A stretch of DNA of 64,000 nt from assembly GCA_973895155.1 (NCBI GenBank), contig OZ316892.1, forward strand, positions 4,734,510 through 4,798,509, read 5' to 3'. Of the stretch, positions 41,563 through 52,265 are shown in pieces. The notes under the pieces are model-generated. The model was not told where the DNA came from and ran no database searches. It worked only from the letters and a program-made list of their open reading frames with translations. This stretch comes from Marsupella aquatica (Eukaryota > Plantae > Marchantiophyta). The translations under genes and the position numbers were made by a program. Numbering within the stretch: the first letter of the stretch is position 1; each line of letters starts with the position of its first letter.

Positions 41563-41576
41563 CGTTATCAGCACGA
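41563..41576 (+). other. Primer-binding site complementary to the anticodon arm of tRNA-Ile (half-tRNA priming)
   Basis: CGTTATCAGCACGA follows the LTR end directly. Its reverse complement TCGTGCTGATAACG matches the tRNA-Ile(AAU) anticodon arm as recalled, with G at the wobble position. Confidence 0.7.
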
Positions 41577-42805
41577 CAGCTTGAGGAGCGCAGGGGTACA
41601 TGAAGAGGATGAAATGATTCTCAATAGTAGCGCCGATGTCGAGAGCATACACGGGGATGCTAGAACCTAACGACCTCAAACTCACAAATTATCGAAAGGA
41701 ATCGAAGAGGAATCGACCTTATAAAATCATAGCAGAATCGTCACACAGGCCGATTGATCTGAATGCTGATCCACAAAGAGAGATTAGAATCCATAAGGAC
41801 ATCGAAGAACGATGGCCTAGCGAATGACAATCTGAACCTCAAAATCTTCGAAAGGAGATTGTGGACAGCATTTATAAGGACAGCAGGCTGAAGAATCGAA
41901 GTAAATTTAAGAAGAAGGTGAGAGAGGCGCTGGGGATTAAACGAGCGACGGCTGCTGTGCCAAAGGAAAGAAGGAACTATGAAGAGATATCAATAGCCAC
42001 TGCAGCATTTTCCATCTGAAATGAGCATTCCGTGTACGAGTGACAGGTAAGGAAAAGCGACTGGGATCGAAGTGGGAAAGAGCAACTGGAGTCTGGAGCC
42101 TATTGAGAGAAAACAAGAAAACGATCGGGAGCGAAGGAAAATTCCGAAAGAAAAACGAGAACACAACTGGAAGTCGATGCAGCAGGCTGAAAAGAAGAAG
42201 GCGAAGACAAAGGAACGATAGATAGGCACTTCTGAATCCGAGAAAGAAAGCAGCATCGAAAGGCGAAAGCAGTAGGCACAGTCGACAGAAGGTCGATGAG
42301 CGAAGGAACTGCAGCCGTGACTCAAACCGAACAAGATGAGAAGGCATAAGGACATTGAAGGCACTGAGAGCGCGAGGAGACGGGAAAGCGCAACATTAAA
42401 GACCACAAAACATCGAGGAAACCTCGAGCCCGAGTAAAAAACCGCTAAGTGCACACTGCACAACCGCTAAACCTCCTTAATTGCAAACTCAAACATAGCT
42501 TTCCAGATCACCGTGTATTTGTGTACAATTAACGACTTAACTGCAACCTTTCATAACTGCACAAGGAATACAAAGAAACCCTAAAATACAAAGGAAAGAA
42601 TGCACTTATCCAAATACAAAGGAATCTAACCAGATAAGTGCAAACCGCAAATTAAAACAAAAACCTAATAATCACCTCAAAACTAGCATATGACCTAGAT
42701 AACTTTGCATTCAATCGCTCAACCCTTCCCTACCATTGTATGCGGCAAAATGTGCATAGTCTTTTGAATACCTATACAATATATATAGCGAACTAGAAAT
42801 CCGAG

Positions 42806-43897
42806 ATGGCGAACTTAGAAAAGTTGCAATTCCCCGCTTTAGAATTAGAAGGTAGTAACTACCTTGCCTGGTCTTTAGATATAAAGACCCATCTTAAAGC
42901 CAAATCCCTCTCACGCGCCATAGAAGCCCACATTCCAGAAGCAGAAGAGGCCCAGGCATTAGTCTTTATCCGACGTCATTTACACCAATTCCTACAAATG
43001 CAATATTTGCATTTGAGCTCACCTCGAGAGCTATGGCTGGCTATCCAGACGAGGTACGACCACCAGAAACTGGTGGCGCTACCTCGCGCCAAACAAGACT
43101 GGATGAACCTTAGGGTTCAGGACTTCACTTTAGTCTCAGCCTATAACAACGAGCTATTTAGGATAACCTCTACGCTCACCCTATGCGGCGAGACAACATC
43201 CGACGATGACCTACTGGAAAAGACCTTATCCACCTTTCACTCCACAAACCTAATACTTGCGACTCAGTATCGCAACATGAAGTTTACCCAATACTCAAAA
43301 CTCCTATCACATCTTTTGGTTGCTGAACAACAACAGTTATTGCTCATCAACTCAAAGAAGCGACCAGCTGGAACCTTAGCGCCCACACAGTTAACAGAAG
43401 CACATGCCATAGAAAATGGCGAAGCTTCCACTTCAAGCCAACAAAACCCTAAAACTACTAAACAAAGTAAAGGGAGAAAACATAACAATAACCCCAACAG
43501 GGGGAGTTACTTTAACCATAGAAACCAAAGAAACTTTAAAAACCGTCCATTCAATGGACGTAAGCAACAGCGTTTCCGCGGCGGCAGATATAATAGAAAC
43601 CGCAAAGGCGGAAACTATAGGCAAAACAACCAATCAAGGAGTTTCCAACGCTCACCTACGAAACTATGCCACCAATGTGGCATGAACAATCACCTTGCCC
43701 GTGACTGCAGAATCCCAAAACACCTTAAGGAACTATATCAACGTTCCTTGAAGGAAAAGAAACAAGAAAGCACACCACGTGAGACCCATGGAACTTTCAT
43801 GGAATCTCACGACCCATTTCAGGACTTTGGCCCAAATCCTGAAACACACCTAGTTGCGTCTACGTCTACATCAATAGACCTAGATAGCCATGCATAA
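42806..43897 (+). CDS. gag: Copia Gag
   Basis: Copia Gag-like N-terminus (NYLAWSLDIKTHL, LWLAIQTRYD) and CCHC knuckle CHQCGMNNHLARDC. Confidence 0.9.
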   Translation: MANLEKLQFPALELEGSNYLAWSLDIKTHLKAKSLSRAIEAHIPEAEEAQALVFIRRHLHQFLQMQYLHLSSPRELWLAIQTRYDHQKLVALPRAKQDWMNLRVQDFTLVSAYNNELFRITSTLTLCGETTSDDDLLEKTLSTFHSTNLILATQYRNMKFTQYSKLLSHLLVAEQQQLLLINSKKRPAGTLAPTQLTEAHAIENGEASTSSQQNPKTTKQSKGRKHNNNPNRGSYFNHRNQRNFKNRPFNGRKQQRFRGGRYNRNRKGGNYRQNNQSRSFQRSPTKLCHQCGMNNHLARDCRIPKHLKELYQRSLKEKKQESTPRETHGTFMESHDPFQDFGPNPETHLVASTSTSIDLDSHA

Positions 43898-46800
43898 TTG
43901 ATAGCGGTACTACACACTCCATCCTACGGGATAGAAAGCTATTTCATAGAATCACACCCTCTAATCGCTCAATCATGACAATAAATGGTTCTAACCAGAT
44001 AGAAGAGGGCAATGGCCCAGCTTCCTTGAGGTTACCTCAAGGCACAGAAATACATATAGAATCAGCTATATATGCACCTCAAGCAACTAGAAATCTTTTA
44101 AGCTTTCGAGACTTAAGAGCGAATGGACTCCACGTCCAAACTGGGAACACAAAATCCCAAGAGGTTCTCCACATTGTTGAAGTTACACCTCTAGGAAAAA
44201 TAATAAGAGAAACTTTATTCTCGTACTCATGTGGGTTCTATCTAACACACATTGAATGCCTACACAATACAATTCAAGCCAACTCCTTGAACAAGCTATG
44301 GCATACACGCCTAGGCCACCCTGACCAATCAATGTTGAACAAAATAAAGAAGCATGCTCAAGGCATACCAAACAATATCCGCCATATTACGCTAACTACA
44401 CCATGCTCAGCATGCTCACAAGGCAAACTAATCGCTAAACCCTCATTTTCAAAATTGCCAAACAAAATACCTGAATTCCTAGCATATTTGCATGCTGACA
44501 TTTGCGGCCCGATTAACCCACCTAGCGGACCGTTCCGCTACTTTATGGTGATAATCGATGCATCAACTAAATGGTCAAATGTGACCTTACTTTCCACACG
44601 CAATTTAGCCATACCCCGCATTCTAACGCAGATTTTGCGCCTGAAAGCACAATTCACAGATCAACCCATTAAGACATTGCGCATAGATAATGCGGGGGAG
44701 TTCACATCATCCACTTTCGATGATTTTTGCACATCACTTGGTATTGATATTCAATACCCAGTACCACATGTCCATTTTCAAAATGGATTGGCTGAAGCAA
44801 TTATCAAGCGCCTACAACTAATAGCACGCCCCCTTCTAATGCAGGCACAACTACCTGTTACTGCATGGGGCCATGCTATCTTGCATGCTAACGCATTAAT
44901 ACAATATAGGCCATCTGCATTTAATGATTATAGTCCTTACCACCTGAATAATGGTAGACAACCTGACCTAACCCATCTTCGATCGTTTGGATGTCAAGTT
45001 ATGGTTCCCATAACTCCACCCAAACGAACAAAGATGGGACCCCAACGACAGTTGGGGATTTATGTCGGATATGACTCTCCGTCAATTATCCGATATTTGG
45101 AGCCTACCACAGGTGATCTTTTTAAGGCTAGATTTGCAGATTGTCATTTTGATGAAAATATTTTTCCTAAACTATATAACCCTGACACAAACCCACCACC
45201 ACTTTTGGAGTGGGAACGCACTTCCCCATTTTGGGAAGATATTAGAACAAATCAGGGGGAGAAGGAAGTACAACGCATCTTACAACTCCACAAGATAGTG
45301 GAGGAGTTACCTGATTCCTTTGTGGATACCACACAGGTAACTCGGTCGCATATTCCTGCGGCAAATGCACCAGCGAGGATCCAAATTCCAGTTAATATAG
45401 CTGGAACTCAACAACCTCGACAAAAACGAGGTCGACCTCTCGGTGCAAAAGATAAACAACCACGAAGACGACCTTCGTCTACACCTAGTTCACCACTCAT
45501 TACTTCGAGCTATTCTCCAAGTAACGACGAAATATCAATCCATTACACTCATTCTGGTGAAATCTGGGACCGACAAGTCACCATCACAAATGAATGTTTC
45601 GCATCCATGGTTGCTAAAACCATTACGGATGAAACACCAGAACCATTAACCATTATAAAATGCCAGAACAGGCCTGACTGGCCTAAATGGCAAGAAGCTA
45701 TTAATGGAGAACTTGATTCTCTATTAAGTCGAAACACATTCGGCTCAGTGGAATTAACACCACCAGATGTCCATTTAATTGGATATAAATGGACCTTTGT
45801 CCGTAAACGTAATGACAAAGGACAAGTTGTCCGTTATAAAGCCCGCTTAGTCGGGAAAGGCTTTACTCAACAACCTGGTATTCATTATGATGAGACCTAC
45901 TCACCAGTAATGGATAGCATAACTTTCAGATACCTTATTAGTTTTGCAATTTTTCATAAACTAAAAATGCGACAAATGGATGTCGCTACTGCATATCTTT
46001 ATGGGACTTTGGACACGTGTATTTATATGCGTGCACCACCAGAATTAGAAGCACGTAAGCGTGCTTTAGCTCAAGGAGCTAAATCCCATATCCCATATTT
46101 ACATAAGCTCATTCCAACATCATCTAATTCTTCTACTAATGTGTCTAACACACATTCTGACACCACTGTGTCCACTGTACGGCATACCCGCCGTGGACTA
46201 GCTATCCACGTGTTGAAGGCTCTATATGGCCTTAAACAAAGTGGCAGGGTATGGTATCAAAGATTTACCGATGAGATGATATCCATGAGATTTTCCTATG
46301 ATGCTATTGCACCATGCTTATTTATTAAGCATGTTGATGATGAATTTGTCATCATTGCGATCTATGTTGATGATTTAAACATTTTTGGCACTCCAAAAAT
46401 TACTGAATATACCATCACCACTCTAAAGTCCACTTTTGAGATGAAAGACCTTGGTCAAACCAGTTTTTGCTTAGGTTTACAACTCGAAATCTTGCCAACT
46501 GGCATGTTATTGCACCAAACCACATATACTGAAAAAATCCTGAAACAGTTCAACATGCACTTAGCTCATCCACTGACATCACCAATGGTAATCAGATCCT
46601 TAGAAAATAGTACTGATGTTTTTCGCAAATGCGAAGAACATGAACCAACCTTAGGACCTGAAACACCTTACCTTTCAGCTATAGGTGCACTTATGTACTT
46701 AGCTAACCAAACTCGACCAGACATCTCATTCGCAGTAAACCTTTTAGCAAGACATAGCGCAAATCCCACCTCACGCCACTGGAATGGCGTTAAACACATA

Positions 46801-47367
46801 TTCCGTTACTTACGTGGACACACAGACACGGGATTATTTTTCCCGTTTAACTCTACACATGAGATTGTGGGATATGCTGACGCTGGTTATCTTTCAAATA
46901 CCGACACTGCAAAATCTCAAACAGGATACGTCTTCCTTAGTGGAGACACAGCTATTTCTTGGAAGAGCGTTAAACAAACTTTAACAGCTACATCTTCTAA
47001 CCACTCCGAAATTTTAGCTCTTCATGAAGCTAGCCGAGAAGCTATATGGTTACGATCACTAATAAACCACATACAAGTACAAAGCGGCTTCAACGGCCTA
47101 ACTCAACCTACTAATATATTTGAAGACAATGCAGCTTGTATTCAACAGATCATACGAGGATTCATTAAAGGTGATCGTGTGAAGCATATCGCACCAAAGT
47201 TCTTTTACACTCATGAACTACATGGAAAAGAAATCAATGTGATACAGGTAACAAGCGAAGACAACTGTGCTGACCTATTCACCAAATCGTTGACACCAAC
47301 TATTCATCAACGACACTGTCATAAGATTGGTCTTCGGAGCTTACGCAAGATGATGTCAGAGACTTGA
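43888..47367 (+). CDS. pol: Copia Pol (protease, integrase, RT, RNase H), intact
   Basis: The frame is open from 43888: CIIDSGTTHSI (PR); LWHTRLGH..CSAC, HADICGP, RIDNAGEF, QNGLAE (INT); YKARLV, MDVATAYL, LYGLKQSG, YVDDL (RT); YADAGY, EDNAAC, ADLFTK (RH). Confidence 0.95.
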   Translation, partial: PCIIDSGTTHSILRDRKLFHRITPSNRSIMTINGSNQIEEGNGPASLRLPQGTEIHIESAIYAPQATRNLLSFRDLRANGLHVQTGNTKSQEVLHIVEVTPLGKIIRETLFSYSCGFYLTHIECLHNTIQANSLNKLWHTRLGHPDQSMLNKIKKHAQGIPNNIRHITLTTPCSACSQGKLIAKPSFSKLPNKIPEFLAYLHADICGPINPPSGPFRYFMVIIDASTKWSNVTLLSTRNLAIPRILTQILRLKAQFTDQPIKTLRIDNAGEFTSSTFDDFCTSLGIDIQYPVPHVHFQNGLAEAIIKRLQLIARPLLMQAQLPVTAWGHAILHANALIQYRPSAFNDYSPYHLNNGRQPDLTHLRSFGCQVMVPITPPKRTKMGPQRQLGIYVGYDSPSIIRYLEPTTGDLFKARFADCHFDENIFPKLYNPDTNPPPLLEWERTSPFWEDIRTNQGEKEVQRILQLHKIVEELPDSFVDTTQVTRSHIPAANAPARIQIPVNIAGTQQPRQKRGRPLGAKDKQPRRRPSSTPSSPLITSSYSPSNDEISIHYTHSGEIWDRQVTITNECFASMVAKTITDETPEPLTIIKCQNRPDWPKWQEAINGELDSLLSRNTFGSVELTPPDVHLIGYKWTFVRKRNDKGQVVRYKARLVGKGFTQQPGIHYDETYSPVMDSITFRYLISFAIFHKLKMRQMDVATAYLYGTLDTCIYMRAPPELEARKRALAQGAKSHIPYLHKLIPTSSNSSTNVSNTHSDTTVSTVRHTRRGLAIHVLKALYGLKQSGRVWYQRFTDEMISMRFSYDAIAPCLFIKHVDDEFVIIAIYVDDLNIFGTPKITEYTITTLKSTFEMKDLGQTSFCLGLQLEILPTGMLLHQTTYTEKILKQFNMHLAHPLTSPMVIRSLENSTDVFRKCEEHEPTLGPETPYLSAIGALMYLANQTRPDISFAVNLLARHSANPTSRHWNGVKHIFRYLRGHTDTGLFFPFNSTHEIVGYADAGYLSNTDTAKSQTGYVFLSGDTAISWKSVKQTLTATSSNHSEILALHEASREAIWLRSLINHIQVQSGFNGLTQPTNIFEDNAACIQQIIRGFIKGDRVKHIAPKFFYTHELHGKEINVIQVTSEDNCADLFTKSLTPTIHQRHCHKIGLRSLRKMMSET

Positions 47368-50300
47368 CTGGAGCTATTACCACTATCAAAATTTTCAAAC
47401 TAATCATGAGGATCACAAGACTGTACTCTTTTTCCTTTAAGAACTATAGATTTTTCTCTACTTGCAAATAGAGTTTTTATATTAAGTTACTAAAGGTTTT
47501 AACGAGGCAGTCACTACTACATATTTGCCAATTTTGCGAAGGCGTTTTACAAGAGGAAGAAAGCTTTGCAAGATTAATCTCATCGCTAAACTTGCGATAC
47601 GATACGCATCGCACTTAGCGAATCTACACACATCGCAACACATAATTGCGAAACTTAGACCATTGCAACATTTTATGACACTTCAGGTATCGCAAAACAT
47701 TTCCGAAGCAATTACCATTGAACAAGTTAGCGATCTTTACCGCTTCGCAAATTCATTGAGATGCGCCGGAAAACTAAATGGTTGCGAATATTTAAGCATC
47801 TCAAAATATTTTGCGAGTCTTATTGTCTCGCAAATGAGCGATGTTTGTGGAATATATGGCTAACTTGTGATAGTAATAGGCTCGCAAATCCTGTGCCTGT
47901 CTAGGGTCTCATTTTGTGAATGTTTTGGTTTCGCAACTTTGAGATGGTGGTATCTTCGGAAGTTTGCGATGAGGGGATGATGGCAATTAGGGAGCAGTTA
48001 AGTATCGCAAATGTAGCGACGAGTTTGCGGGTGTAGGGGTTTCGCAAGATGTTTCGCAAAATATTATGAGCGCTTCAAAGAGGTGGAAAAGGAATGGGAT
48101 TGGGGAGGGAGGGTAAAGGAGGGTGGATACATGTAATTTTTAGGGAGGGACAATGAAAAGGAGGAGGAAGGGAATGGGGCTAGGAGGGACAAGGAACGGA
48201 GGGATCCAAGAGGGAGGATACAGGTTTAGGGGGCACAAGGAAATGAGGGAGGAGGAAGGGTATGTAGATATAGTTTTAGGGAGGGTTTGGATTTAGGGAG
48301 TGAAAATAAAAAGGAGGGAGTTTAGGGTTTAGAGAGGGACAAGGAAAGGAGGGAGGGTATTGGTTTAGAGAGGGACAAGGAAATGAGGGAGGTTTAAGGG
48401 TATAGGTTTAGGAGGGAGGAGAGAAGCTAGGTTGTATAGGTAAGAGTGGGGGACAGGGGTGGAAAGTAAGGAAATTATAGGGTTGAAATAGAAAGCCAGG
48501 GGTTGGGACAAGGAGAGGAAGGAGGAAGGAGGGTTTAATAAGAGGGACAGACAATGAAAGAAAGGAGGAGGGAGGTGGGTACAAGTAATAAGGAGAACAG
48601 CTAGGGGGGGATTAGGAAAGCATGGAGGATAGAGGACTACAAGCAACATGAGTTTTCTTTGCATAAAGTCTACCAAAAGGTGTGGTGAGTGTGGGGTAGG
48701 GATGGGAGATATAGAAAACAACATTTGAAAATGATATACTTACAAAACATAAGTTTATTGATAATTGAGAAGCACATATTTCTCCATTCTACCGAGAAGA
48801 GAAATCTTCATATCATCAAATCTAACTATATATCCGTGTAGCTATATATCCACAAACACAGACCCCTCAAACTTGGTCCTCATCATCTTCAGGTTGGGAC
48901 ACAACCAGAATATCAAGCTTTTCCCCAACGATTGAACAAGACCGTGGCACATATGTGATGACAAGTGACCATTCCTCTAGGTTTGGGGGGTATGGAATAT
49001 AGAAACATTGTTCCACATGACTTGGAAAAGTGAACGGCTCTGATGTTTGCCAATGAGATGGCTGGAAACTAGTGGCAGACGTCTTCAGTCGTGTAAATCC
49101 ACACTCATCTTGAACCACAGTAGGATTGTTACCTGCAAGGTTCACTTTGAACCACTTGCACTTGAAGACATACTCTTCAAACTTTGATTGTGCATCATAA
49201 GATATCACTAGAATCTCTTCTACCTTTCCATAATGTGGCACAACATCTCGAATAATATTTGTGTCATGGCGACTGCTGCGGGAATCTTGAGAGAATTGTC
49301 CTTGAACTCCACAATCAAAGGTACGACCCCTCTTCTCATCAAGGGAAGAAATCCTAAAATCCATCAAACCATAAGGATATGTTACACAAAAATAGACACA
49401 AACATATTCCAATTAATTGAACACACCAAGAATCTGCCTCTTCAATATACGTGCTTGTATTACAAATGAATTAAATTAAACCAAGTGATTCAAATCAAAG
49501 GTTACTAAGGTAGATGGAGATCACCTGAAATGTCTTCCTTGTGTCCACATTGCTGTCCTTGTTGTAACCACTCTCAAGGGACCATGAACAATGGTACGAA
49601 CATCATCTGTGATAGCCGGAAAATGTAATACACTCTCTCCCCTGACCACCATGTCATCCACCTCAACTAACTTCTCCTTCATATAGTCAAGGTACTTTGG
49701 AAAAATCCTTGGTCTTGTGCTGTTACTTTTGGCATCCTCATAGAAATCCCTCCATTCTTCCATGATAGTGTTGTTACTCAACATGAATGTGGTCAGTTGT
49801 TTCACCTCCACTGGTGTCAACATGCGAGTTTTCCTAGCACCTGTTAAACGATTCTCTTCATCTTCCCTCTCCTCTACCCAAGTACGGGGAGAGGTACAAT
49901 CAATTGTGGCCAATATGTTACTACAATAGAACATACTCTCAGCTGCTAAGTATCCTGTAGCCATGCTTCCCTCAACCCGTGCACGGTTACGTACATAACC
50001 TTTTAACACTGCCATGTATCGTTCTAGCCAATACATCCACCGACAATGCACAGGACCTGCAATGGCCACCTCATGAACAAGATGAACAAGTAAATGCACT
50101 TGACAGTCAAAAAAGGAAGGAGGAAGGGCCTTCTCCAACTTGCATACCACCTCTGCTGCCAAAACCTCCATCCCAGGGATCTCATCAGTATATATCTCCT
50201 TAGAGCATACCCATCTCAATAGTTTTCCCAATGACCAAAGGGCATCTTGCACTTCTTCACTTGCCAAACCTATTATGGCCATAGGCAATATGTGCTGCAA

Positions 50301-52079
50301 TAACCTATGGTAGTCATGTGTCTTGAGATACCTTGGCCACTTATGATTGTCCTCCATCCCAAAGGCCTTTCGGAGATTGGCACCATAACCAGTAGGAAAC
50401 CGCATGTCTCCTATGCGATTCTGAAACTCCCTTCTCTGGCCAATAGGAAGCACCCATGGAGCTGAAGGTCGATGCTCAATCCCTGTGATAGGATCACTTA
50501 TGACCCACATGTCTGGATGCATCTCAAGATCCTCACAAGCCTCCCTGAAGTTAGTGTCTTTCTCTCCATAGAAAGCCTTTATCAAAGCCTTTCTCACATT
50601 TCCCTCAATGTGCATGGGGTCTAATAGATGGCGGATCTTCAACTCACCCCAATAGGGCAAAGTGGTTAATATACTCCACCTTGTCAAGCCACTACCGTCA
50701 AATTGCATGGGATCCTCTGGGTCTGCCACTCTTGCAGCCATGTCTTTCCAGTGTGTAAAAGTTGTTGGCTCAGGTACATCACGCTCGTCACCAAAGGGCA
50801 TATCAATAGAGGAAAATAGTAGTGGGTCACGCCTCATCTGATGTCCCATTGGAAGAAACTTTGTATGCCCAAGATAAACAATCTTGCGAAGATGTGATGA
50901 ATACTTGGCTACATCACCAAGGCTTGGGCCACAAGTGGAGCAAGCCTTGTAGCCTTGGGTTTGCAACCCACTCACAAAGCCAAATCCTGGTCATATAAAC
51001 ACACATTATGTTAGGATTAGCACATGGAAATGAGGGGATACCATGCATTAGAATATGATGCATTTAAACAATAAAGTTCTTACCTGGGTAGTCATGCATG
51101 GTCCACATACAAACCCCTTTGAGTTTGAAAACCCGTGGGGTACCCCCTGTAGTCTTTCGACCATCATATGCCCATACTCCTTCCCATAATTTCTGGAGTT
51201 CCTGAACCAGTAATGTCAAATAGGTGTCCATGTTCTTCACCTTCTTTGGCCCTGGGATAATCAAAGATAGCAACAAAAAACCCTTTTTCATGGACAACCA
51301 TGGTGGAAGGTTGTAATTCATGAGAACCACAGGCCAGACCGATGTAGGTCTCCCCTTCCCTCCAAGTGAATGAGGGCTAACTCCATCTGATGCCAACCCC
51401 AGTCGCACATGCCGAGGGTCACGCTCAAAATCTGGCCATGTTGATTCCACATGTTTATGAGCAGGAGAGTCAACTGGTAATCGCATGACACCGGGCTCCA
51501 AACGATGTTTCTTGTGCCATACCATCAACTCGGCCAAGTCAGAACATCTATACATGTGCAACAAGCGAGGAATTATGGGGAACCAACGAACTGCTTTCCT
51601 TGGTACCTTCTGGGTTAGCCTCGAGGGTCTCACTATATGGAGGACCCCCCCATCACCTGCGACGTTTTCATGCCTAGACCCCCATACTTATTAAGTTGAA
51701 ATTTTTTTTCCTCCCTCTTTCTTTCTTCTAAGAGTCTAAAATCCAAATTGTATTGCCCCTATAATTTGTGAAGTAAAGTGTCACATATCAATATAAAATG
51801 CCTAGAAAGAAAAGATAAGTCTATGTCAGTACCTTGTGAAGTCGTATGTCAGACATGGCACGCCCTGCAACAGTTCTTGCACCTTTGTCGACCTTAAACT
51901 TTGATCATTTCAATGCATCATTTATATTGTGTACCTAAAAGGTCATCCCAATATAAACCTTACGTGCATAAGTGGGATGGCCTTTAAGGTCACAACATAA
52001 ATAATCCATTCCACCCATTGATCACCAATCCCATGCTCCATCCATACTCCATTTAAAACTTATGTTGAGAGATGTAACA

Positions 52080-52139
52080 TGTGACGGAGGGGAATTGAAC
52101 CCCTAATTGAGAAAGGATCTCAAGTTGCCAATCCGTCAC
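52080..52139 (-). ncRNA. Compact tRNA-like structure lacking a D-arm, 3' of the transposase
   Basis: Minus strand reads GTGACGG ATTGGCAAC TTGAG-ATCCTTT-CTCAA TT AGGGG-TTCAATT-CCCCT CCGTCAC A: a 7-bp acceptor-like stem, a 5-bp stem with 7-nt loop, and a T-arm. Function unproven. Confidence 0.4.
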
Positions 52140-52265
52140 CCCCTATCCTATCCCACTACACCCACTAATATTAACAAAATAAAACATATATACAGACTCT
52201 CAAAAACTAAACAACAAAATAAAACATATATACAGACTCTCAAAAACTAAACAGTAACATGATAT

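Larger units (their letters stand above)
41380..47511 (+). mobile_element. Bianca-type Ty1/Copia LTR retrotransposon, interrupted in its 3' UTR by a CACTA element
   Basis: Putative short 5' LTR TGTAAG...TATCA (41380-41562; the start is unverified because the 3' LTR is not in the window). PBS, gag and pol in PR-INT-RT-RH order. 3'-UTR motif AAGGTTTTAACGAGGCAG lies just before the CACTA end. Confidence 0.9.

Noticed and set aside
47525-48724. ORFs 47525-47863 and 48365-48724
   Set aside because: They arise from CACTA subterminal repeats and the purine-rich tract; no domain is recognisable.
52080-52139. Functional tRNA-Arg(CCU) gene
   Set aside because: No D-arm or internal A-box, and the loop lacks the conserved U33 and purine-37 pattern, so it is kept only as a tRNA-like structure.
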